The notes under the pieces: generated by a model
The model's input: the letters and a program-made list of their open reading frames with translations, nothing else
Database searches by the model: none
What the model was told of the DNA's origin: nothing
Made by a program: the position numbers and the translations under genes
Assembly (NCBI GenBank): GCA_963798085.1
Contig: CAWCRS010000003.1
Span: 672,001 to 736,000, forward strand
Source: an uncultured Gemmatimonadales bacterium
GTDB taxonomy: Bacteria > Gemmatimonadota > Gemmatimonadetes > Longimicrobiales > RSA9
Reading direction: 5' to 3'
Length of the DNA: 64,000 nucleotides
Shown here: in pieces, positions 55,289 to 64,000 of the stretch
Layout: every line of letters begins with the position of its first letter
How positions within the stretch are numbered: the first letter of the stretch is position 1

Positions 55289-58200
55289 ATGAGTGGCAGG
55301 TGGCGGACGGGGAGCCGCTTCCGGCGGGTCGCGGCGATTTCGCTGGCGGCACTGTCGGTGGTGGTGGCGACGGCACTGTCCGCGATCTCGTGCGCGCAAT
55401 CGGTAACGGACGAGCGCGGCGGACCGGGCCTGCGCATTGTTCCGGATTCAGTCGACCTTTTCCTCGGCGATAATGTTCAGTTAAGCGTTCTCGGGTCCAC
55501 GCAATCCGCAGTCTGGTCGAGCAACAACGCACAGGTCGCCACCGTCGTCGGCAGTACCGGTTACGTGACTGCGGTGGGACCGGGCACCGCGGGCATTACC
55601 GCTGTGGCCGGCTCCGCGTCGGCAACAGCCAGAGTGCGAGTCGATCTGCGGCCAGCGATCGGTTTCTCCAGCCCGGGCGTGGATTTCACCGTCGTGCGCG
55701 GACAGGCGGACCCTCCGCCGCAGACGGTTCACATTGGCAACACGGGTGGCGCCACACTCAGCGCGCTCTCGATTACGGGGATCCAGTACGGCGAGGGGCA
55801 GCCGAGCGGCTGGCTGCAGGCGACACTGACCAGCGCCAATCTGCCCAGCGACCTCGTGCTCACAGCCAGGTCAGCGGGGCTGGATGCCGGCACGTACACG
55901 GCTTCGGTGCGGGTCCAGGCGGGCGCGGCATCCAACTCGCCGCAGAACATCGGCGTCAGGCTAACGATCACCCCCGCGGCCACGATCGAGCTGAGCACGA
56001 CCGACGTGAACTTCTCGGCCGTCGTGAACGGGCCGGATCCCTCGCCACAACAAGTGACGGTGAGCAATGGCACGACAGCAACGACGCTCGACGGGCTGGA
56101 CCGCAGTATTACCTACGGCGCGGGCCAGCCCGCAGGCTGGCTGACGGCGACACTGAGCGGTGCACAGGCTCCGTCGATCCTGCGGCTGCAAGCCGCAGTC
56201 GCGGGGCTTCCGGCCGGCACGTATGCAGCCACCGTGACGCTGCATACGAATCAGGCGGGTGTGGCTGCGCGTTCACTGACCGTTGGTTTGACGGTTTCCA
56301 GCGTGCGAGTCGCCAGCACCGCGATTGCTCCCAAGAGCGTAACGCTCGACCTGGGCGGCACGTTCCAGTTCACGGCGACGGCCCGGGATGGCGCAGGTAA
56401 CACGCTGTCAGGCAGGCAAACGACGTGGACAGCGCGGGATCCGGCCATCGCGCGGGTCGACAGCGGTGGCCTGGTGCGGGCCGTGGCGGCAGGTGTGACG
56501 TTCATCGTGGCCGATGTCGAGGGAGTGCGGGACAGCGCCGAGGTCACGGTGTCCGCCCCGGCACTCACGGTAGCGCCCGCACAGGTCCAGCTTTCGGCGC
56601 AGATGGGCAGTAATCCGCAGCCCGTGACTGCCACGATCGCGAGTGCGGGCAACAGTGTGATCCAGGGATTGCGAGTGGCGGCCATCGCGTATGGTGGCGC
56701 GGCGCAGGGCTGGCTGCTGCCAACGCTCAATGCAGCGACCACGCCGGCGCTGCTCCATCTGTCCGCGAATGTGGCCCAGCTCGCGGCCGGCACGTACACG
56801 GCCTCGCTGACGATCGCCTCGGACCAGCCCGGCGTCACACCGGCCACGCTGAGCGTCAGCCTCGTGCTCACGTCACAGTCCAGCCCACCGCACATTCACG
56901 TGACGAGTGCAGCGCTCGTGTTCAGCGGTGCAGCGGGAGGCACGGATCCTCAGCCACAATCGATCGGGATCAGCAATAGTGGCGGCGGCGCGCTGACGGG
57001 TCTCAGCGTCGACTATGCCGGCAGCAAGCCAGCGTGGCTCGATGCGTCGCTCAGCAGCAGTAATGCGCCGGCGAATCTCACCGTGCAGACGCATGTTACC
57101 GGGTTGGCCGCGGGAAGCTACACGGCCGGCGTGCTCATCTCTTCAGCGCTGGCCGACAATTCGCCGGTGCAGGTGGCGGTGACACTGAACGTGACTGCGG
57201 CAGCGACCACGACACTCTCGGTCACGGGGGGCGGCGCGGGTAACGGCAGTGTTGGTTCGGCGCCGGGCGGCATCAGCTGCACGATCACGGCGGGCGCGGC
57301 GGGCGCGAGTGGCTGCAGCGCAGCCTTCCCCACGGGCACGTCGGTGACCCTGACCGCCACACCCGCAACAGGATTCGACTTCGTCGGCTGGAATGGCGGG
57401 TGCGCGGGGCCGGCGGCCGCATGCGTGGTCACGATGAACAGCAATCAGTCAGTGAGCGCGACGTTCGAGTCGTCGAGCGCGACGTCGTTCCCGGTCACGA
57501 TCGGTGCCAACAGCAGCGATGGCGCAGGCGAGGTCTATAGCACGTCTGGCTCCGGCTTCATCGACTGCTTCTTCCGCGACGGCGGGGGCGCGGGCACGGG
57601 CAACTGCACGGGCGATTTTCCGCGCGGTGACACGGTGGTGCTCACGGTGTATCGCGTGCCCGGATTCGTCGGGAGTCCTGATGACGAGTTCCTGGGCTGG
57701 GGCGGTGATTGCGCGGGAGCGGGCGCGGCGTCGGACTGCAGGCTCGTGATGGATCGCAGCCACAACGTGACGGCGAGATTTCGCGCGGTGTACGGCATCC
57801 ACGTGAAGCGGCCGACGACGCAGCTTGCCGGGCTCACATCCGAGGCGGGCCGGATCGTCTCCGATCCAGCGGGGATCGATTGCACGTTCGTGGAGGACTT
57901 TCTGCACCTTCAGACCAGTGGTACCTGCGACCTGGCAGTGTACAGCCATACGCCCGTCCGGCTCACCATGATCGGCGCGGACACGACAGCGTATGTCGGG
58001 TTGTTCCGCGGCCCAGGCTGCCAGACCGTGGCGAACCCGTGCTCCTTCGTCAGCACGGATGTCGATTTCTATCCGATCTTCGCGCTGACCGACATCACTC
58101 TCTGGCCCGGTGTGACGGTGGGCACGGGCCATGTCACGTCGACGCCCGCGGGTGTGGATTGTATCGTGCCCGGCTTGTGCACATCGCCGCCCTTCAAGCG

Positions 58201-58951
58201 CGGCACGAGCGTGACGCTGATGGCGCAGCCGGACGCGAGCTCATTGTTCATCAGCTGGACCGGCGACTGCACGGGCACGGCGCTGACGTGCACCATGGTG
58301 ATGGACGCGCCCAAGACCGTGAGTGCGAACTTCGGTCCACTCACGCCGCTGATTCATCTTTCCAGCCCATCACTCACGTTCGAGGCGAGGCCGGGCACGG
58401 TGACGGCAGCGCAGATCGTGAACATCACGAACGCGGGCATCGACACGGTGCGCGGTCTCACGGTGACAGTGCCGTCCTGGATCACGGCTTCGCTGAACAG
58501 CACGAAAACGCCGGCCACGCTCACCCTCACCGCCAATGCCGCGGGTCTGCCCAACGGCACGCAGAACGGCACAGTCAGCGTGTCCTCGAGCAACGCGAGC
58601 AATTCGCCGCAGCCGATCCTGGTCCGCTTCGACATCGGCTATTCGTTCTCGCAGGACATTCTCCCGGCACTGGGCGCCACCACATTCAGCGGGTATCCGG
58701 GCGTGGCGGTGGTCGCGTGTGCGAGCTGCCACCGCTCGCCGCCGGTCAATGGTGCGCATTCCGACTTCACCAGTTATGCGGGTGTGCTGACGCAGGTCAG
58801 TCCGGGTGACCCGAACAGCAGCCCGCTGGTCCAGCGGATGGTGCTGCCGGCCGGGTCGGCGGGCGCGATGTCGCCGAGCGGGCAGCGCCATCCCCAGGGC
58901 ATCATCGACATGATCAGGGACTGGATCCTGCAGGGTGCACGGGCCAACTGA
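55289..58951 (+). CDS. large lipoprotein: Big_2, BACON-like and InlB-B-like repeats plus C-terminal c-type cytochrome domain
   Basis: AISC lipobox; repeated GWL.A.LS..AP..L..AGL.AGTY units; F.GW.G.C repeats; CASCH..PGDPNSSPLVQRM..MSP..IRDWILQGA. Confidence 0.8.
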   Translation: MSGRWRTGSRFRRVAAISLAALSVVVATALSAISCAQSVTDERGGPGLRIVPDSVDLFLGDNVQLSVLGSTQSAVWSSNNAQVATVVGSTGYVTAVGPGTAGITAVAGSASATARVRVDLRPAIGFSSPGVDFTVVRGQADPPPQTVHIGNTGGATLSALSITGIQYGEGQPSGWLQATLTSANLPSDLVLTARSAGLDAGTYTASVRVQAGAASNSPQNIGVRLTITPAATIELSTTDVNFSAVVNGPDPSPQQVTVSNGTTATTLDGLDRSITYGAGQPAGWLTATLSGAQAPSILRLQAAVAGLPAGTYAATVTLHTNQAGVAARSLTVGLTVSSVRVASTAIAPKSVTLDLGGTFQFTATARDGAGNTLSGRQTTWTARDPAIARVDSGGLVRAVAAGVTFIVADVEGVRDSAEVTVSAPALTVAPAQVQLSAQMGSNPQPVTATIASAGNSVIQGLRVAAIAYGGAAQGWLLPTLNAATTPALLHLSANVAQLAAGTYTASLTIASDQPGVTPATLSVSLVLTSQSSPPHIHVTSAALVFSGAAGGTDPQPQSIGISNSGGGALTGLSVDYAGSKPAWLDASLSSSNAPANLTVQTHVTGLAAGSYTAGVLISSALADNSPVQVAVTLNVTAAATTTLSVTGGGAGNGSVGSAPGGISCTITAGAAGASGCSAAFPTGTSVTLTATPATGFDFVGWNGGCAGPAAACVVTMNSNQSVSATFESSSATSFPVTIGANSSDGAGEVYSTSGSGFIDCFFRDGGGAGTGNCTGDFPRGDTVVLTVYRVPGFVGSPDDEFLGWGGDCAGAGAASDCRLVMDRSHNVTARFRAVYGIHVKRPTTQLAGLTSEAGRIVSDPAGIDCTFVEDFLHLQTSGTCDLAVYSHTPVRLTMIGADTTAYVGLFRGPGCQTVANPCSFVSTDVDFYPIFALTDITLWPGVTVGTGHVTSTPAGVDCIVPGLCTSPPFKRGTSVTLMAQPDASSLFISWTGDCTGTALTCTMVMDAPKTVSANFGPLTPLIHLSSPSLTFEARPGTVTAAQIVNITNAGIDTVRGLTVTVPSWITASLNSTKTPATLTLTANAAGLPNGTQNGTVSVSSSNASNSPQPILVRFDIGYSFSQDILPALGATTFSGYPGVAVVACASCHRSPPVNGAHSDFTSYAGVLTQVSPGDPNSSPLVQRMVLPAGSAGAMSPSGQRHPQGIIDMIRDWILQGARAN

Positions 58952-59017
58952 TGGCTGTACTAACTAACTGTCAGGAATACGCGGTGGCGGCGGGGCGCGA
59001 ATCGTGAGGCGTGCACG

Positions 59018-59707
59018 TCAGCGGCGCAGGAAGATCTCGTCGGCCACGGCCTGGCGGCTGGTGCGATCGGCAATGGACGCTCCGGGATCGAAGACATCGT
59101 GTTTGACAGCCGGGATCGCGGTTCCGGCTGGTGCGGGCGCTTCCGCGGGCGTTGCGGATGCGGCGTCGGCATTGGCGGACGGGACGTCGCCCAGCAGCAG
59201 GTTCTGATCAATGAGACCGGCCAGCTCCTGCATGCGGTCTTCCAGATCCTTGAGTACGGCGCCGGCATAACCGAGCTGTTGTGCCGCAATGTCCTGGAAC
59301 TGCAGTGCACCGATGGCGTGGTGCAGCTCATCGCGGATCTGGCTGGGAATGGCGCCGGCCTCGGCATCCTTCTGTTCGAGCCGGTCGACGTGCCGCAGTG
59401 CGCGGTCGAGTGCATTGAGGATGTTGTTCGCCGCGGTCTCGGTGACGGAGGTGACTTCGGCCAGTTTCGAGTGAGTGCTCTGGATGCGATCCCCGGTAGC
59501 ATGCTCGATCATGGTGCGGCTGCGGTGCAGCGCCTGGTGCATGTTGAGGATTTCGGAGTATGCGCGCTGCAGGACCTTGAGCGAGCCGCCGGCGGTGCTG
59601 GCTTCGTCCGACGCAGCGCCGCCCAGTTCCCGCGCGATTTCGTCGGCCAGTCGCAGGCTGACAGCCGAATCGAGCAGCTTGTCCTCGGGCACATTGCGCT
59701 GGCTCAT
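59018..59707 (-). CDS. CheZ-like phosphatase
   Basis: TETAANNIL, ALQFQDIAAQQL (DxxxQ), C-terminal QAVADEIF; adjacent to cheY. Confidence 0.75.
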   Translation of the reverse strand: MSQRNVPEDKLLDSAVSLRLADEIARELGGAASDEASTAGGSLKVLQRAYSEILNMHQALHRSRTMIEHATGDRIQSTHSKLAEVTSVTETAANNILNALDRALRHVDRLEQKDAEAGAIPSQIRDELHHAIGALQFQDIAAQQLGYAGAVLKDLEDRMQELAGLIDQNLLLGDVPSANADAASATPAEAPAPAGTAIPAVKHDVFDPGASIADRTSRQAVADEIFLRR

Positions 59708-59712
59708 GGGGC

Positions 59713-60075
59713 TCAGTTGCCGAAGACCTGGTCCATCTTCTCCTTCAGCACTTCAGGCGTGAAGGGCTTGACCACGTAGTTGTTGACGCCCGCCTGTGCC
59801 GCCTGGAGAATGTCTTCACGCACACTGCGCGTGGTGACCATGATGATCTTGACCGCCGCCGCGTCGGGCCGCGCGCGCAGCGCGCGCACGAGGTCGAGAC
59901 CGCTCATGTTGGGCATGTTCCAGTCCGCCAGCACGCAGGTGACGGACGGGTCGAAGCGTTCCAGGGCTTCCGTGCCGTCGGAGGCTTCGACGTAATCATC
60001 GTACCCCAGGCGTTGCAGGGTGTTGATGATGATGCGCCGCATGGTTGCGGAGTCATCGACGACGAGCACACGCAT
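59713..60075 (-). CDS. cheY: chemotaxis response regulator CheY
   Basis: VLVVDDSATMRRI, DWNMPNMSG, MVTT, YVVKPFT. Confidence 0.92.
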   Translation of the reverse strand: MRVLVVDDSATMRRIIINTLQRLGYDDYVEASDGTEALERFDPSVTCVLADWNMPNMSGLDLVRALRARPDAAAVKIIMVTTRSVREDILQAAQAGVNNYVVKPFTPEVLKEKMDQVFGN

Positions 60076-60098
60076 GACTGGCCTGTCTGCCCTGAGGG

Positions 60099-60410
60099 TC
60101 AGAGATCGCCGCGCTCCACGATCCGACGCATCACTTCATCGGCGACAGTGCTGCTATCGTGTGCGCGTTCCTGGATGCGACGACGCAGTTCGAGCAGCTG
60201 CTCGCCGGGGAGTGTGCCGCTGGGCACGTCGCTGCCTTCGCTGCCAGCCGCGCGGGCGCGGGCTTCGTCGGAGATTTCGACGCGGTCATCGACTTCGCCG
60301 CGAACCGCATCAGCGGCTGTGTTATCGGCGCGCGCGTCACTGCGCACGGGCCGGGCCGGTGTCAGCGGCCGGGGCTCGACTGGATCGGGACGAAGGTTCT
60401 TGATGTCCAT
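60099..60410 (-). CDS. flgM: anti-sigma-28 factor FlgM-like
   Basis: DRVEISDEAR, LRRRIQ..VADEV; flagellar context; sigma-28 promoter. Confidence 0.7.
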   Translation of the reverse strand: MDIKNLRPDPVEPRPLTPARPVRSDARADNTAADAVRGEVDDRVEISDEARARAAGSEGSDVPSGTLPGEQLLELRRRIQERAHDSSTVADEVMRRIVERGDL

Positions 60411-60429
60411 GGCTCCTCCTCGGACTCCA

Positions 60430-60456
60430 TCTTCGGCGGCTGTATCCGAATCTGTA
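60430..60456 (-). promoter_or_regulatory. sigma-28 (FliA) promoter
   Basis: TACAGATT-N11-GCCGAAGA vs consensus TAAAGTTT-N11-GCCGATAA, upstream of flgM. Confidence 0.65.
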
Positions 60457-60457
60457 G

Positions 60458-60820
60458 TTACAGGCTGAAATCGACGCGGGCGCCGGTGGGCGTGGCTCCC
60501 GCGTACGACTTGATGGCCGCGCGATTCCCATCGACCTGCTTCGCCGCGGCCAGACTCCGGGCGTGCAGTGCCTCCATGCGGGCGCGCAACCGAACATCGG
60601 CTTCCAGACAGGACTCGATCTGGCGCCGTACTTCGACCGCTTCTTCGGCCGATACTTCGTCTTCGTCCTGCAATGTCATGATGGCCGCGGCGAGGCGGTC
60701 GCGCTCGTCGGCCAGCGATTCGAAGCCTGACTCATCGCCCGCCTCGACGGCGGCCAGCTGGGCCGCGATCAGTGTGGCGTAGCGGCCGTACGCATCGGCA
60801 ATGCGTCGCGGCGCGCGCAT
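60458..60820 (-). CDS. FliT/FlgN-like flagellar chaperone
   Basis: 120-aa helical protein coupled downstream of fliS; ..KSYA..VDFSL tail. Confidence 0.6.
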   Translation of the reverse strand: MRAPRRIADAYGRYATLIAAQLAAVEAGDESGFESLADERDRLAAAIMTLQDEDEVSAEEAVEVRRQIESCLEADVRLRARMEALHARSLAAAKQVDGNRAAIKSYAGATPTGARVDFSL

Positions 60821-61221
60821 CAGATGGCGCCTTCTGCGATGGGTGCGCTGGTAGAGCTGGCGGCGCGCTGCCAGGACTCGTGCAGTGAAGCGACGAGTGC
60901 AGTGACGCGTTCCAGCTGCGGGACATCAGGCTTGCGCGCCACGGCGCCGATCTCGCCGAGGAAATACGCGTACAGTGCCGCCAGGCGAGAGGACAGCTCG
61001 CCACCCGCCTGGAAGTCGAGTGAGGACAGCAGCTCGGCGACAATATCGCTCGCCCTGGCCAGACTGTTCAGGCGGCCCTCAATGTCGTTGGCGCGGATCT
61101 GTTCCGCAGCCTGACGCAGCGAGACCAGCAGGTGCTCGTAGAGGAGCACGACCAGCTGCTGCGGATTGCTGCTCATCACGCGGGACTGCCGGTATGCTGC
61201 GACGCCGGTCGGGTTCTTCAT
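60820..61221 (-). CDS. fliS: flagellar export chaperone FliS
   Basis: AYRQSRVMSSNPQQLVVLLYE, ELLSSLD..GGELSSRLAALY. Confidence 0.93.
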   Translation of the reverse strand: MKNPTGVAAYRQSRVMSSNPQQLVVLLYEHLLVSLRQAAEQIRANDIEGRLNSLARASDIVAELLSSLDFQAGGELSSRLAALYAYFLGEIGAVARKPDVPQLERVTALVASLHESWQRAASSTSAPIAEGAI

Positions 61222-61232
61222 GGCTCGCCTCC

Positions 61233-64000
61233 TCAGGATTTCTTGGAGGCGGTGAACTGCGCCAGCTGGGTGGTCAGCCATGCGGACTGCGACTGCGCGC
61301 GCGCAATCGCCTGCTCCATGGCCGTGAACTGCGCGATCAGCGCGGTGCGGTGGCGGTCGAGCCGTGCATTGATCGTATCAATGCGGCTCTGCATGCCGGA
61401 CACGGAACCGCTGATGCGATCGGTAACCGCCTTGATGGACGTGGCGCTGGTGCCGAGCAGGTCAGCGGTGATGTCGGACACGCGCGCGGCCATGCCGCGG
61501 CTGAAGCTGACGGTCCCCACCGCACCTGTGCCCGTGCCCGTGTAGCTGACCAGCAACCCGTCGATGGGTGTGCCGGTGGCGCCGGTGAGCACGCGGCCGG
61601 AGCCGCTGGCGGCGAAGCCGCCGATGGTGCCGGCGACATCGGTACCCACGTACGTGCCGGCGCTCAGACCCAGTGAAGCGGAGCCATCGGCGCCGCCCGC
61701 GGCGAAAGAGATCTCGAAGCCTGCGGCGGCGCCCGCATTGGCGTCCACGAGCTGCAGCTGGCCACCGTTGTCGAGCGCTGTAATGGGCGCCGTGCCGCGG
61801 CCCTGCTGCGTGGTGCCGAAGGCGCCGAAGTCGAGTGAGCCGCCGCCCGCGTTGTCGGAAGTGACGGAGAGCGTGAAACTGCTCGAGCCCGGCGTCTTCG
61901 CGGTGGCGGTCAGTTTGCCGTTGACCCACTGCACGTCGACAGCGCTGCCCAGCGCGCTCTGCACGGCATTGCGCAGCTCGCCCAGGGTACCGCCCGCGCT
62001 CACGCTCAGCGAGGTGAGGAAGCTGCTGCCATCCGTGCGGTTGCCGGCAATCGTGATGACATCGCCGGCGGTGACGGCGGGGCTGGTGCCGCCCGCAACG
62101 GTCAGCGCGCTCCAGGCCGTGTTGTCATCGGCTGCCACGGTGCCGGCGGGGTTACTGAACAGCGCGTTACCGGCGGCCACTGTGTGGGCCAGCGGCTTTG
62201 CGAACTCGGCTGTCAGCGCATCCACGATCTGGGACAGCGTCATGCCGTTGGACAGCGCCACACTGTACGTGCGGTTGCTGCTCAGGTCGCGCACGCTGAG
62301 GGTATCGGCGCTGCCGTCGTCCACGTAGGTGCCCGCGAAGCCGGCGCCGGTGACATCGGCCGCAGCCGGCGGCTGCGTGATGTTGACGGTCCAGGTGCCC
62401 GAGCTGGTGGCCTTCGAGGCATCGACGTACGTCAGATCGGCGACGCTGCTGGTGCCGTACAGGCCGAACAGCCGCGAGACCGCGTCGCCGCCGTTCTGCA
62501 GGGCACTGCGCAGCTTGTTGCTGTCCAGCGTGTAGCGCCCGGTCTTGTCGATCTCGATGCCGATGTCGGCCAGGCGGGAGTAGCCGCCGATCACGGTGGT
62601 GTCGAGGGACGAAGCCAGCGCGCCGCGCAGGGACTGGCGCATGCTGCGCAGGGTGGAGTCGTTGTACAGGGGCGCCGCCGTGCCGCCGGTGGGCGGAGGC
62701 GTCAGCTGCGCATCGACGAAGCTGGCCAGGCTGTTGTAGGCATCGACCAGCCCCTGCACGGCGGTAACGGCCGCATCGATGTCGCGCGAGACCGTGACCG
62801 TCGCAACCGTATTGGGGTCCGCCGCCGCCAGGTTCAGCGTCAGGCCGGGCACCGAGTTCGTGATCGTGTTGCTGCTGCTGGTGAGGTACGAGCCGTCGAT
62901 CTCCAGCTCGGCATCAGCCGCGGCGTTGATGACGCGCGAGCGTCCCGCCTGCGTGACGCCGAAGGCGCCGAAGTCGAGGGTACCGCCGTTTTCATTGTGG
63001 GCGACAATGTTCAGTCCCAGCCGGCTCTCGCCGCCGCTGTCGTCGCTCACCACCAACTCGCCGTTAGCGGAGATGGAGGCGGTGGCCGTGCGCGTGCCCA
63101 GCTTGAAGCCGTCGACCGCGCTGTTGAGCCGGCCGACCAGGGTCTGCAGCGTGTCGCCCGCGCCAATGGTGACGTCGAAAGAGAACGTCGAGCCATCGGC
63201 GCGCGTGCCGCTGATGGTCAGCGAATCGCCGGCCTGCACCACGGCGGCCGCGCCCTGCGACCAGAGACTGGTGAGCAGTGTACCCGCCGAGGCCGGCGTG
63301 GCACCCGCATCACCCAGCGCCGCACTGGCGATCTGCTGCGTGACGGCGCTGCGCCCGCCCTCGAGCACACCCAGCGACTGCAGAATGCTGTTGGCGTCGG
63401 TGAAGGAAGTGGCGCCGTGGATTTCCAGGCGCTGCTTCGAGCCGTCGGCAATGACCTGGGCGCTCACGCCCCGGCCGGCCGCGGCTGCGGCGGTATTGAT
63501 GGCGCTCGCCACATCGGTCAGCGACATGCTGGCCAGGTCGAGCGTCACGTTGACGCCGCCCATGGTGACGCTTCCCGAAGCGGGCGGACTCGTGAAACCC
63601 AGCAGTGTGGCGACGGCCGTGGCCGAGTCCGCGAACGCATCGCTCTTCGCGCCGTTGGTGGTCGCCGTCTTGATGGCAGTGGTGTTATCGAGCAGCCCCA
63701 TGGACTGCAGCACGGCGCTGGCGCCATCCACCAGGTCGATGCCGGCCGCGCCCGTCTTCGTGCTGGAGAGCACCAGGCGGTTGGCGGCACTGCCTGTGGT
63801 CAGCACGGATGCGGTGACACCGGTCGCGCCGCCCACATTGGCGTCATTGAAGCGCTTGACGATCGTGTCCAGGCTGTCCGTGGCGAGGATCTCGATGCGC
63901 TTGCCGTTGATGCGGAATTCGCCGGACAGTCCGAGTGCGCTGCTGCGGGTACTGAAAACGTCGCCACTCAGGGTTTCCGCGGAAGCGAGTCCCAGCACGC
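61233..64000 (-). CDS. fliD: flagellar filament cap FliD, unusually long; 5' end outside window
   Basis: DAELEIDG..SSSNTITNSVPGLTLNL, LVDAYNSL, LADIGIEIDKTG, LIAQFTAMEQAI; precedes fliS. Confidence 0.9.
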   Translation of the reverse strand, partial: VLGLASAETLSGDVFSTRSSALGLSGEFRINGKRIEILATDSLDTIVKRFNDANVGGATGVTASVLTTGSAANRLVLSSTKTGAAGIDLVDGASAVLQSMGLLDNTTAIKTATTNGAKSDAFADSATAVATLLGFTSPPASGSVTMGGVNVTLDLASMSLTDVASAINTAAAAAGRGVSAQVIADGSKQRLEIHGATSFTDANSILQSLGVLEGGRSAVTQQIASAALGDAGATPASAGTLLTSLWSQGAAAVVQAGDSLTISGTRADGSTFSFDVTIGAGDTLQTLVGRLNSAVDGFKLGTRTATASISANGELVVSDDSGGESRLGLNIVAHNENGGTLDFGAFGVTQAGRSRVINAAADAELEIDGSYLTSSSNTITNSVPGLTLNLAAADPNTVATVTVSRDIDAAVTAVQGLVDAYNSLASFVDAQLTPPPTGGTAAPLYNDSTLRSMRQSLRGALASSLDTTVIGGYSRLADIGIEIDKTGRYTLDSNKLRSALQNGGDAVSRLFGLYGTSSVADLTYVDASKATSSGTWTVNITQPPAAADVTGAGFAGTYVDDGSADTLSVRDLSSNRTYSVALSNGMTLSQIVDALTAEFAKPLAHTVAAGNALFSNPAGTVAADDNTAWSALTVAGGTSPAVTAGDVITIAGNRTDGSSFLTSLSVSAGGTLGELRNAVQSALGSAVDVQWVNGKLTATAKTPGSSSFTLSVTSDNAGGGSLDFGAFGTTQQGRGTAPITALDNGGQLQLVDANAGAAAGFEISFAAGGADGSASLGLSAGTYVGTDVAGTIGGFAASGSGRVLTGATGTPIDGLLVSYTGTGTGAVGTVSFSRGMAARVSDITADLLGTSATSIKAVTDRISGSVSGMQSRIDTINARLDRHRTALIAQFTAMEQAIARAQSQSAWLTTQLAQFTASKKS

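Overview
High-GC bacterial chromosome segment. The gene repertoire suggests Gemmatimonadota (inference). Many conserved genes carry single-base frameshifts that look like long-read indel errors. Left part (1-12 kb): secreted, lipoprotein and housekeeping genes. Middle (about 12.2-28.6 kb): a visibly more AT-rich, minus-strand integron-type cassette array with related attC sites and no integrase in the window. Its cargo is Mrr, a DGQHR protein plus a HEPN-like partner, a soluble receiver/histidine kinase pair, a Dcd/dUTPase-fold protein fused to two TM helices, a DUF3644/HEPN protein and probably a VapBC45-like TA pair. Two IS families sit at its attC sites. An IS110 recombinase with a 3' non-coding region (candidate bridge RNA) ends inside the attC R' core at GTT|AG, seen twice, and two IS481-like copies lie next to R''. 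Right part: a fluoride-riboswitch operon (crcB, DUF190, small protein, dynamin-like GTPase), GH127 and GH31 hydrolases, a TonB receptor/lipoprotein pair with 11-bp-periodic boxes, a kdp locus with a His-less full-length KdpD plus a second short intact kinase, a large Ig-repeat lipoprotein ending in a c-type heme domain, and a flagellar/chemotaxis block (very long fliD, fliS, flgM, cheY, cheZ-like).
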